From Copranaerobaculum intestinale (GTDB lineage: Bacteria > Bacillota_I > Bacilli_A > Erysipelotrichales > Erysipelotrichaceae), in assembly GCF_009831105.1 (NCBI RefSeq), contig NZ_WUUQ01000001.1, forward strand, positions 1 through 32,000: DNA of 32,000 nucleotides, given 5' to 3'. Position 1 is the first letter of the stretch. Every line of letters begins with the position of its first letter. Under the pieces are notes generated by a model, which saw nothing but the letters and a program-made list of their open reading frames with translations, ran no database searches and was not told the origin of the DNA. This document shows, one piece after another, positions 11,882 to 19,986 of this stretch. The translations under genes were made by a program, and so were the position numbers.

Positions 11882-12703
11882 TTATTTGATCGGCCAACAG
11901 ATTTCTGTCACAAATTCATTAGGATTTTGGGTTGCCATATAGCCAACTCTATAAATTGCAAACTGACAGCCGTTGATTTCATAATCATGGCCGGCGAACC
12001 ATGCGGACAAAGCCATGCTGACATCCGTACACTGACTGTAATCGCCTTTAAAAGTGATTGACGCGACACGAGTTTCCGGCAGTTCCTTAAATTTCAAATT
12101 TTCTGTGTCCTGATATTGGCCCGGCTGAATGCTTGCCGCTATTTCCACATCGACTTCCGACTCCTTGAAGCCCTCATCATGGAAATAGCAGCGGGTCTGC
12201 TTATCCTTCGTGTAGGGCAGATCCAGCTGCAGCGCCTGCAGTTCTTTGGTCATTCCCATCCACATCAGATGCTCATTTTCATAGCTTGGTATAATACCTC
12301 TTTTGGTGACTGCATATATCGCAGGAATGGTTTTAATTTCTACTTGGTAATTCATAAACATGTCCTCCTTTACAAGAATTTGCTTTGCTGTTTCAATCAT
12401 TTTGATTCGCATATCGATTTTCTTGGCTTCTTCACGCAGTTCGATCAGCTGTATCTCCAAATGTTTTTGGACCTCTTCCGCATTTTGATAATTTTCGAGA
12501 ATCTCTTTGATACGCGCCGTACTTAACCCAATATCGCGAAGAAACCGAACCTGTGATGCTTCGAAAATCTGTTCTCTTCGATAATAGCGATAACCGCTTT
12601 CCTCATCGATGAAAACCGGTTTTAATATATCGTTTTGATCATAAAAACGAAGCATGCGGATACTAATGCTGGTCAAACGTGAAAAATCACCAATCTTAAA
12701 CAT
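11882..12703 (-). CDS. MerR-family transcriptional regulator with C-terminal GyrI-like effector-binding domain (BmrR-type)
   Basis: N-terminus MFKIGDFSRLTSISIRMLRFYDQNDILKP is the MerR HTH signature. A coiled-coil linker follows, then a domain of about 150 aa resembling GyrI-like. The ATG at 12703 is preceded by AGGAGG, and the longer ORF start at 12754 lacks one. Confidence 0.85.
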   Translation of the reverse strand: MFKIGDFSRLTSISIRMLRFYDQNDILKPVFIDEESGYRYYRREQIFEASQVRFLRDIGLSTARIKEILENYQNAEEVQKHLEIQLIELREEAKKIDMRIKMIETAKQILVKEDMFMNYQVEIKTIPAIYAVTKRGIIPSYENEHLMWMGMTKELQALQLDLPYTKDKQTRCYFHDEGFKESEVDVEIAASIQPGQYQDTENLKFKELPETRVASITFKGDYSQCTDVSMALSAWFAGHDYEINGCQFAIYRVGYMATQNPNEFVTEICWPIK

Positions 12704-12770
12704 AGAGGACCTCCTGAATTCTGTGCACACATCTATCTTAGAGTATGACATCATGATAGAGTCAAGTAAA

Positions 12771-12794
12771 AAGCGAAAGAAATTTCTCTCGCTT
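12771..12794 (-). terminator. Hairpin terminator downstream of the lipoprotein gene
   Basis: AAGCGAAAGA-AAT-TTCTCTCGCTT has one mismatch and is flanked by T-runs on both strands (minus-strand RNA tail UUUUACUU). Confidence 0.45.
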
Positions 12795-12848
12795 CATTTT
12801 TTTATAAAAGTGAATTCATTTTGATCAATAAATCATCAATTTCATTCC

Positions 12849-13592
12849 TTAATATATGTAAGCCGGTTCTTCGTTTTCCGCAATCGCACTCCACAATTCA
12901 GTCGGTGAGAAGTATTTCAGGCCTCCATATGTTTCATCCTGTACCCCATAGAAAGGGTCTAAAATGTAAAAATATGTAATTTCATTTTCTTGATCCGCCA
13001 GATATCCAACACAAATTACAAAATGATTCGCTCGCTTCATCTGCGGATATAAGGTATGCATGTCAACTGCTAATATACTGGGATAACCATCATCGATATT
13101 TTTCCGCATCCGCAGCTGCCAATTCTTTTTTTCATCCGGGCTATTATTCTGTATCGGCAATGTGTGCACATGATACCCATTTTCTTGATATCCGGGATTC
13201 TCTCGATGAAAAACTTCTTGATTGAGAACCTGGGTGATATCTGCGTATTCCGTACCTGTAATCGAACTTGTATGCATTGCCTCGGCCAATTGACCTTGTG
13301 TCCGATCAATTCCAAAATACTGTAATATCGTTTTCACAACAGCGGGTCCGCAATAAAAATTATTCTCCTGCACATCCAGCTCCATATTCATGATCACTTT
13401 ATTATCCTGCTTTTCTGATTTCGCCGGAACCTCAAAATTCGTATTCTGATCAACATTCGTTTTTGTTTTTGTTTCTTTAACAGTTTGCGGCGCTTTATTC
13501 TGTTCATTATGAATCGAACAGCCGCCAAGCACGATTGAAGAGCTCAGCATCATCCCAGCCAGCAGTATATAAATCACCTTTTTTTGTTTCAT
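12849..13592 (-). CDS. Lipoprotein with C39-like (papain-fold) cysteine peptidase domain
   Basis: Signal peptide plus lipobox (MKQKKVIYILLAGMMLSSSIVLGG|C). Gln-x5-Cys motif VQENNFYCGPAVVKTILQYFG, then downstream NHFVICVGY (His) and ILDP (Asp). The start at 13592 has AGGTGA 6 nt upstream. The function is a family-level guess. Confidence 0.6.
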   Translation of the reverse strand: MKQKKVIYILLAGMMLSSSIVLGGCSIHNEQNKAPQTVKETKTKTNVDQNTNFEVPAKSEKQDNKVIMNMELDVQENNFYCGPAVVKTILQYFGIDRTQGQLAEAMHTSSITGTEYADITQVLNQEVFHRENPGYQENGYHVHTLPIQNNSPDEKKNWQLRMRKNIDDGYPSILAVDMHTLYPQMKRANHFVICVGYLADQENEITYFYILDPFYGVQDETYGGLKYFSPTELWSAIAENEEPAYIY

Positions 13593-13721
13593 AATCATCA
13601 CCTGAAGCACGGATAATTTTTTCCTTGCTCATATAATATGTAAAATCTATCCAATCTTTTTATAAAGACATTTGCACAATATTAGCTCATTTATATTTTT
13701 TGGTTTTTCGCAGCTTTGCGA

Positions 13722-14540
13722 TTAGTTCGCTTCGTTATGCTTTTTCATCGCTTCACTTTTCGAATTTGCGGCACGCATTGCCTCGATCACAGCAGATCGA
13801 AAACCACGGTTCTCCAAAACTGCCACCCCTTCAATCGTAGAGCCGCCTGGTGAACATACTTGATCTTTCAAGGCACCGGGATGCAGGCCACTTTCCAGCA
13901 CCATACGTGCCGAACCAAGAACCGCTTGGGCACAGAAGGTATACGCCTGTTCCCGCTTCATTCCTAATAAAACCGCACCGTCTGCCATCGCTTCAATCAA
14001 CATATATATAAAGGCAGGTGAAGCACCGCTGGCAGTACCCGCTGCTGATACGATTGTTTCACTCAAAATTTCACAGCGTCCAAAGCTGGAAAACAACTCT
14101 TTCATCATGATAATTTCGTCCGTGTTCATATTAGAACTGCCGCATAACGCCGTCATCCCTTCCATTACCGCTGCAGGAGTGTTTGGCATAATGCGTGCAA
14201 CCTTAATTTCCCTTCCGAACATGTGCTGTACATTATCGATTGTCTGACCTGCCGCAATATCTACAATGATGACATTTTCCTTAACCTGATCGCGAATTTC
14301 TTCAATCAGATCACGATACATATGCGGCTTAACTCCCAGCACCAGAATATCACTGATTTTTGCCGTTTCAGCCTGCTCAGCCAGTTGTACGTGATATGTG
14401 TTTTTCAATGTCTTTAAGCGATCCAGATGATGATCGGTAATATACATATTTTCGCCGGAAACAGCGCCGGCTTTCAAAATACCTTCGGCAATCGCTTTGC
14501 CCATATTTCCGCATCCGATAAAGCCAATCGTTTTTTTCAT
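13722..14540 (-). CDS. proC: Pyrroline-5-carboxylate reductase
   Basis: IGFIGCGNMGKAI Rossmann motif, MPNTPAAV, and CSPGGSTIEGV signature. 272 aa. Confidence 0.9.
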   Translation of the reverse strand: MKKTIGFIGCGNMGKAIAEGILKAGAVSGENMYITDHHLDRLKTLKNTYHVQLAEQAETAKISDILVLGVKPHMYRDLIEEIRDQVKENVIIVDIAAGQTIDNVQHMFGREIKVARIMPNTPAAVMEGMTALCGSSNMNTDEIIMMKELFSSFGRCEILSETIVSAAGTASGASPAFIYMLIEAMADGAVLLGMKREQAYTFCAQAVLGSARMVLESGLHPGALKDQVCSPGGSTIEGVAVLENRGFRSAVIEAMRAANSKSEAMKKHNEAN

Positions 14541-14563
14541 GATCCTACCTCTTTTCTATCCTT

Positions 14564-14592
14564 ATTATACGCATTTCTCAATACATCAGCAA
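14564..14592 (-). promoter_or_regulatory. Sigma-A promoter for proC
   Basis: Minus strand: TTGCTG (14587-14592), 17 nt spacer, TATAAT (14564-14569), about 24 nt upstream of the proC RBS. Confidence 0.55.
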
Positions 14593-14598
14593 GAACGA

Positions 14599-14627
14599 AA
14601 CAGGAAGTGCAGTCAGCACTCCCTGTT
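14599..14627 (-). terminator. Rho-independent terminator ending PTS operon A
   Basis: 12-bp stem AACAGGAAGTGC / GCACTCCCTGTT (one G-U on the minus strand), 5-nt loop, immediately after the EIIA stop. T-rich sequence follows. Confidence 0.6.
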
Positions 14628-14629
14628 TT

Positions 14630-15064
14630 TTAAAGATCATCCAGATCACAGGAACTTTCAGCATCAGAAATTCTAAAGCAGCCGCTCTGGTGATCCTTAT
14701 TTTTCAGCACTTCATCAATCAATTCATCTGCATCCTCATAAGACTCCCGTCCCATATAGGTTTCTATCAGCATCCCTAAGGTGACACCGTAAAGGACACG
14801 GCAGCGGGCATCATCACTCATACATGATACTGCCATATGAAAAGGAGAACCTCCTCGCACATCAGTAAAAATCAGAATTTCATCTTCGCCGGCAAATTTT
14901 GAAATTGCACATTTCATCCGAGCAAGCAGCTGCTGCGCTGAATCACCCTCGGGAAAATCAAAGCTATATAGTTCAGCACCGGCCGTTTTGCCCAAAATGA
15001 GCGTAAAGGCAGATAGGATTCCACTGGCAAAAGATCCATGTCCGCTCACAAAGATCCGTATCAT
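14630..15064 (-). CDS. PTS mannose/fructose/sorbose-family EIIA component (operon A)
   Basis: N-terminal MIRIFVSGHGSFASG with the phosphorylatable His of man-family EIIA. ATGA overlap with the upstream SIS gene. Paralog of 27672-28103. Confidence 0.85.
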   Translation of the reverse strand: MIRIFVSGHGSFASGILSAFTLILGKTAGAELYSFDFPEGDSAQQLLARMKCAISKFAGEDEILIFTDVRGGSPFHMAVSCMSDDARCRVLYGVTLGMLIETYMGRESYEDADELIDEVLKNKDHQSGCFRISDAESSCDLDDL

Positions 15065-16152
15065 GATGCTTTATCCGGCAGATGAGACAGCGGCTCTTCA
15101 AATGGATTAACAGCCGTGTCAATACCACTGTCCCGCGCTCCCATCGCAGCTACCAGTTGAAAAGGAATCGCATGTAGAATAACTGCCAAATATTTATTAA
15201 CGGTTAACGGAAAGATCATATCTCGCTTAGTTGCGTCTTTCAAATGCTTCGTCGTGATTACATAAATACGTTCGGTATACTTTTTAAATACATCTCGAAA
15301 CTGCAGAAGCCGTTCCCACTCTACTTCATCCGCTCCGATCATAAAGATTGCCTGATCAGGTTTCAGCGCCATATTGGGGCCGTGTGCATATTCTTCAATA
15401 TCATAGCTTATCGTCGGTTTGCGAAACATCTCACCGATCTTTAAAGCCGCTTCAAGGGCAGAACCGCTGTCTACTCCATATCCCAAAACATGAAGACGTT
15501 CGCTTTCCAAAAAATCATTTTTATTCTCTTGATACCATTTGATACAGTCATCAAAGACCGCCGGCAGCTCTTCTAAAAGATGACGCAGTTCTTCTTGGTA
15601 TTTTTCATATATTTCATTCGTCATTTTCTGCTGTGCAAGTCCTAGCTCAAGTGTCCACAAATAAAGTGTCAGCACCGTAACTGTAAAGCCTCTGGTTTCA
15701 GGAGGCGTCAATTCTTTTCCACAGCGAAGATGAATGACTTCATCGACATGATGGGTGATTTCGCTATTTAGATCCTCACACAGCACCGCAGTTAAATAAC
15801 CTTCCTGTTTTGCTTTCTGCATCACTTGAATCGTAGAAATGCTCGTACCGGTCTGGGAAATACCTAAAAATAAAACTTCTGTTTTATCATAATGCGGATC
15901 GACCCGTTCATAATTCGCAAATATTGTTGGATAATGAGCCTCCGCATCAATGTGCAGCAAATGCTTCATATAATAGCTTCCGATCACCGAAGCATGATAA
16001 GAAGTACCCGATCCTAAAAAATAAATTTTTTTGATAGGATAACGACGAAATAATTCTATAAACGGTCGGATAAATACTTGCCGATCAGCATAAGCCTGCT
16101 TCAATGCCCGCGGTTGATCCATAATATACCCAATAACGGTAGGTTTTTCCAT
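15061..16152 (-). CDS. Double SIS-domain protein, putative sugar-amine-6-phosphate deglycase/deaminase (GfrE/GfrF/AgaS/GlmS-isomerase family)
   Basis: 363 aa. First SIS motif is KKIYFLGSGTSYHAS...LGISQTGTSIST, followed by a second SIS-like half. Close paralog of 28108-29193. Embedded in a PTS operon. Confidence 0.8.
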   Translation of the reverse strand: MEKPTVIGYIMDQPRALKQAYADRQVFIRPFIELFRRYPIKKIYFLGSGTSYHASVIGSYYMKHLLHIDAEAHYPTIFANYERVDPHYDKTEVLFLGISQTGTSISTIQVMQKAKQEGYLTAVLCEDLNSEITHHVDEVIHLRCGKELTPPETRGFTVTVLTLYLWTLELGLAQQKMTNEIYEKYQEELRHLLEELPAVFDDCIKWYQENKNDFLESERLHVLGYGVDSGSALEAALKIGEMFRKPTISYDIEEYAHGPNMALKPDQAIFMIGADEVEWERLLQFRDVFKKYTERIYVITTKHLKDATKRDMIFPLTVNKYLAVILHAIPFQLVAAMGARDSGIDTAVNPFEEPLSHLPDKAS

Positions 16153-16155
16153 AAA

Positions 16156-16647
16156 CTACTCCTTTCCTAATGTTAAAATTGTGTCCGTAAAATCCAGTTT
16201 TGCCTCACCAGGAACCATCTGCGCAAAGAGACGAACTCCCTTTTTAGCTAGATAGATCAAAGAATGGATTTCTTCCTGATTGACATAAACTGTCTTCTTA
16301 ATCGGTATTGTATTAGGCCGATTTGACAGATTGCCGATCGTAATATCAGTAAATGGATAGCCGGATTTCAAGAGTGCTTCCAACTGCTGTGGAGAATTTG
16401 CAAGGATCAAAACCCGTGCACCGCGATCCGCATGTCTCAATAATTTTTCTGCAGCGATTTTTGGACTTAGAATGGTTAAGGACACTGACGGCGGACATCC
16501 AAATTTCAAAGCTGTTTTACGCAAATTATCATGAACGATCATATCATCAATGATGAGCACTTTCTGCACGCCGAGATGCGGTATCCAAAAATTACTGACC
16601 TGTCCATGTATGAGACGATCATCTATTCGTATATCAACAATACTCAT
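16156..16647 (-). CDS. PTS mannose-family EIIB component (operon A, second copy)
   Basis: MSIVDIRIDDRLIHGQV is the man-family EIIB phospho-His motif. The start at 16647 is supported by alignment to paralog 29217-29699 (MAIVDVRIDDRLIHGQV). Confidence 0.85.
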   Translation of the reverse strand: MSIVDIRIDDRLIHGQVSNFWIPHLGVQKVLIIDDMIVHDNLRKTALKFGCPPSVSLTILSPKIAAEKLLRHADRGARVLILANSPQQLEALLKSGYPFTDITIGNLSNRPNTIPIKKTVYVNQEEIHSLIYLAKKGVRLFAQMVPGEAKLDFTDTILTLGKE

Positions 16648-16668
16648 GTGCCTTTCCCCTTTCAAAGT

Positions 16669-16703
16669 GAAAAGCTATATGAGATGGAAGCATATAGCTT
16701 TTC
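16669..16703 (-). other. Perfect 13-bp intercistronic stem-loop inside PTS operon A
   Basis: GAAAAGCTATATG (16669-16681), 9-nt loop, CATATAGCTTTTC (16691-16703). It lies between the FrlB-like gene stop and the EIIB start. No U-tract follows on the coding strand. Confidence 0.6.
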
Positions 16704-16713
16704 ACAGAGTATT

Positions 16714-17745
16714 TTAATAATCCACGATTCCATAATAGCGGCGTGTCGCTGCACTCTTCCCGGTACGTTCGATCATGTAGTTCGTAATGAGTTCTTCAAT
16801 GCAGACATTGAGGATAACCGGTGAAAAATAACCACGGTACGCGTCATCCACTCCCGGAAGCTCAAACTGTGCAGTATCAATTACAACAAGCTTTTTAGAA
16901 GCATATTTTCTTAAGAACCGTTCGACCCGCTCATCCAATACTCTTGTAGGACCTTCACTTTTCAGCAAAATGATATTTGTGTCATCATCCGCTATTTCCA
17001 AGCAGCCGTGAAAGAACTCTGCCGCATTCATTATTTGTGTTTTTTGACGGAATAATTCTTCCGCAATATCCGCCGCATACTTCAAAGCTTCTCCCTGATT
17101 AAGTCCCGAGTAAATCCAAAGCTGAAATGGTTCCTCATGATAGCGTTCAACAAAACCTTGAGCAGTTTCATCATATGCGTCCAAAACATGACAAAGGGCT
17201 TCCGGTAACTGTTCCAGCGATGCACAAAAGGACTCATAATCGGGGAAATCACCATGATTATAAAGCAAACGAAATACAAAATAATATAGGGTAAGATAAC
17301 GAATAGGCGAACTTTCTACATCAAGCATTACTTTATATGCAACTTGATTAGCAACCGGAGTATCATCAATCATAACGAATCCGATGCATGGAATATGATG
17401 TTCTTTGCAATACGCTGAAAGCTGTACGGTTTCAATCATCGTTCCGGTCTTTGCCATAATCACAACCAAAGAATCCTGATTCAACTGTTTATAGTTTGAT
17501 ACCATAAGTTCTGCTGCTTCTTCCCAATACGCCGGAATATCCGATAATCGTTTTATGATTTCAGCAAACGCCATAATGGTAGTAATCGAACCGCCTGATC
17601 CGGCAAAGAATATATTTTTATAACCATGCTGAGATATGCGATCCGCTGCCTGCTCTGCTTCCGCTCGGGCGGCAATGGTCGTTTTACCATGTTCACGATA
17701 GATGTGCTTAAATTCAGATACTAAATCCTTATACACAATAATCAC
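16714..17745 (-). CDS. Double SIS-domain protein, FrlB-like putative fructosamine-6-phosphate deglycase
   Basis: 343 aa. SIS motif NIFFAGSGGS...VVIMAKTGTMIET, second half with AAEFFHGCLEI, and a C-terminus ...ATRRYYGIVDY that resembles the FrlB-type C-terminus as I recall it. Distinct from the 361-363-aa SIS paralogs. Confidence 0.75.
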   Translation of the reverse strand: MIIVYKDLVSEFKHIYREHGKTTIAARAEAEQAADRISQHGYKNIFFAGSGGSITTIMAFAEIIKRLSDIPAYWEEAAELMVSNYKQLNQDSLVVIMAKTGTMIETVQLSAYCKEHHIPCIGFVMIDDTPVANQVAYKVMLDVESSPIRYLTLYYFVFRLLYNHGDFPDYESFCASLEQLPEALCHVLDAYDETAQGFVERYHEEPFQLWIYSGLNQGEALKYAADIAEELFRQKTQIMNAAEFFHGCLEIADDDTNIILLKSEGPTRVLDERVERFLRKYASKKLVVIDTAQFELPGVDDAYRGYFSPVILNVCIEELITNYMIERTGKSAATRRYYGIVDY

Positions 17746-17753
17746 CTCTCATT

Positions 17754-18587
17754 CTATGCTAAAATGCCTAAGACACCGCAGATAAATCCAATGATGATAC
17801 CAGCCATAATATAACCGACTTTAACTTTCTTTTTTAGGCAGTAATACACTACCAACGTGGCAATTAGGGGTAACAGCTGCGGCATGATTTGATCCAAATA
17901 CTCTTGAATTACAATTTTATTGCCACTGATCGTAAACTGAAGCGGACTGGAAACTGCAATTTGTGTCGCTATCATACAGCCAACCGCTGTGATTCCCACA
18001 ATTCCTGCACAATAGGTAAACAAACTCATTTGACCGCTCTGCTCAATTTTTGTCAAAAAGTCATTGCCGTTCCGATAGCCAATAAATAACCCAAAATAGC
18101 GAACCAGAAAATGAGGAACATTAAACATGATCAAAAATACAAACGGGGCGATGATATTTCCCTTTAAAGCGAAGCTTACACCAATAGCAGCGGCCAAAAT
18201 CCGAAAAATACCCCAGAAGAACGTATCACCGATACCCGAAAGCGGACCCATCAGCGCCAACTTAATCGCATTGATTGAGTTAACATCAAAACTAGGATCT
18301 TTTTCATATTTTTCTTCCATTGCGATTGAAATTCCCATAACAAAGGTCGATGGGGCAACGGTCATATTGAAGGCCTCCATATGTCTGCGAAGAGCCTCGG
18401 CTAAACGCTGCTTATCATCCCCATAAATCTTTTTAAGCACTGGCATCATACTATAATCAAAACCCAGTGCTTCCATACGTTCAAAATTATAGGAACCGAG
18501 CAGGGTGAAAGAACGCCAGAATACCTTACGAAAATCTCTTTTGGTAATATTGTACTCTTTATTTACAAAATTTTTGTCTTTACTCAT
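17754..18587 (-). CDS. PTS mannose-family EIID component (operon A)
   Basis: FWRSFTLLGSYNFERMEALGF...MGPLSGIGDTFFWG are typical EIID motifs. 4-nt overlap with EIIC. Confidence 0.9.
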   Translation of the reverse strand: MSKDKNFVNKEYNITKRDFRKVFWRSFTLLGSYNFERMEALGFDYSMMPVLKKIYGDDKQRLAEALRRHMEAFNMTVAPSTFVMGISIAMEEKYEKDPSFDVNSINAIKLALMGPLSGIGDTFFWGIFRILAAAIGVSFALKGNIIAPFVFLIMFNVPHFLVRYFGLFIGYRNGNDFLTKIEQSGQMSLFTYCAGIVGITAVGCMIATQIAVSSPLQFTISGNKIVIQEYLDQIMPQLLPLIATLVVYYCLKKKVKVGYIMAGIIIGFICGVLGILA

Positions 18588-19339
18588 AGGAGATCCTCCT
18601 CTTCTTTTTTAACACTGTCTGCCTTCAGCATATACATTACCCATGCAATCGCAACCGCAATTAAAGTAATTGCCATCATATCCAAACCTGTGTAAGCAGC
18701 CGCAACAAATCCGACGATGAAAAAAGGAATCAAGCGCGTCTCCATCAAGATCTGCATAAGCATCGCAAAGCCTAGCGCCGGCAGCAGGGACGAAACCGCT
18801 GTCAGCCCTTGAGTCACCCACTCCGGAAGCTGTTTTACAATCGCTTCCACAGCCCCGCTTCCCAAATAAATCGTAAAAAACGTAGGGAAGAAATATAATA
18901 CGAATGTTATGAGTCCACAAGAATAGTGAATCCAGGTCATGCCCCGGATATTCACGGCTTCTGCATACTGATCTGCCTTATGCATCATTCCAGAAAAGAA
19001 CGTCATTTTTACGGTATTCATAAATTGCATCAGAATGGACACCGGTAATCCAAAGGTAATTGCTACCTCTGCACCTTTTCCTGTCATTAAAGCAAACGCC
19101 GTACCAATCGTACCTCCGGTTCCAATATCCAATTGCGCGGATAAGCCGATACCGGTTGCGCCCATCCAAATCAACTGCAGCTGACCGCCTATGATAACCC
19201 CCTGCTTTACATCTCCCAGAACCAAACCGACTAAGAAGCCGGTGACCAACGGCTCTCGAAATTTCGATTCACCGAGCCAGTCACCTTCCAAAGCGGTAAG
19301 GGCAGCGATACATCCAATCAACATAGCTTGTAGTATCAT
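18584..19339 (-). CDS. PTS mannose-family EIIC component (operon A)
   Basis: 251-aa polytopic protein, ...REPLVTGFLVGLVLGD...IWMGATGIG...GTGGTIGT, typical of man-family EIIC. Confidence 0.9.
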   Translation of the reverse strand: MILQAMLIGCIAALTALEGDWLGESKFREPLVTGFLVGLVLGDVKQGVIIGGQLQLIWMGATGIGLSAQLDIGTGGTIGTAFALMTGKGAEVAITFGLPVSILMQFMNTVKMTFFSGMMHKADQYAEAVNIRGMTWIHYSCGLITFVLYFFPTFFTIYLGSGAVEAIVKQLPEWVTQGLTAVSSLLPALGFAMLMQILMETRLIPFFIVGFVAAAYTGLDMMAITLIAVAIAWVMYMLKADSVKKEEEDLL

Positions 19340-19354
19340 AATTTATCTCCTCTT

Positions 19355-19825
19355 CTAAATAAATTCATCCAACGAATGTGAAGGGTCTGTTATCATTTTC
19401 TGAACTTCTACTTTGATTCCCATTTTTTCAATGACAGCTAAATCACGCAGGTCTTGATCCGATACATAAATCGTACCAAGAATAGGCCGCTTTCCCTCTG
19501 CGATCCGATTTCCTCCCATATTGACAAATGGAATACAATCACAGTTCTGTACAATTTTCAAAGCATCCTGCACATGCTCTACCAAAACCATGGTATTGTA
19601 ATCGAATCCATTTAGCTTGGGAATTACCGCGATTGCTTCATCTAGCGGTTTAACCCATAGCTTTACTGCTGCCGGTTTCGCAAATTGAACGGCCATTTTC
19701 ATTGTTTCATTACCCGCAACTGCATCACTTGCTATTAGAATTCCCTTAACATTTAAGCTGGTGGACCAACCAAACGTTACTTGTGCATGCATAAGCCGAT
19801 CATCTATACGCAAAACTTTAATCAT
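19355..19825 (-). CDS. PTS mannose-family EIIB component (operon A, first and divergent copy)
   Basis: MIKVLRIDDRLMHAQV retains the phospho-His, but the motif reads HAQV instead of HGQV. AGGAGG RBS at 19831-19838. Confidence 0.8.
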   Translation of the reverse strand: MIKVLRIDDRLMHAQVTFGWSTSLNVKGILIASDAVAGNETMKMAVQFAKPAAVKLWVKPLDEAIAVIPKLNGFDYNTMVLVEHVQDALKIVQNCDCIPFVNMGGNRIAEGKRPILGTIYVSDQDLRDLAVIEKMGIKVEVQKMITDPSHSLDEFI

Positions 19826-19870
19826 TCTGTAACCTCCTTTCTCTCTTATACAGCCCCTTCGAGGTATAAC

Positions 19871-19929
19871 TGGTATAATTTATATACCACTCTACACCAT
19901 CATTATACAACGTGTATAAGAAAAAGCAA
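19871..19929 (-). promoter_or_regulatory. Operon A PTS promoter overlapped by two palindromic operator candidates
   Basis: Minus strand: TTGCTT (19924-19929), 16 nt spacer, TATAAT (19902-19907). Palindrome TTATACA-ACG-TGTATAA (19903-19919) covers the -10 and spacer. Inverted repeat TGGTATA-ATTTA-TATACCA (19871-19889) lies just downstream. Confidence 0.5.
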
Positions 19930-19960
19930 TCTTATTTTTTAGCTTACAATTATTACCATT

Positions 19961-19986
19961 AAAAAAGATCCGACTTTTATCGGATC
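19961..19986 (-). terminator. Rho-independent terminator after gntR-A
   Basis: GATCCGA-CTTTTA-TCGGATC (19967-19986) starts at the stop codon and is followed on the minus strand by UUUUUU (19961-19966). Confidence 0.65.

Noticed and set aside
11309-11897. ORFs 11309-11707 (+) and 11595-11897 (-) around the rplK start.
   Set aside because: The first is antisense to rplK. The second runs through the rplK promoter/leader and the MerR terminator, has no RBS and resembles no protein I recognise.
18609-19169. Alternative-frame ORFs inside the EIIC/EIID genes of both operons (18609-18920, 18978-19169, 30566-30793, 30941-31141, 31004-31480).
   Set aside because: They are nested in well-supported membrane-protein genes. 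Their translations are Cys/Arg/Gly-rich, typical of off-frame reading.
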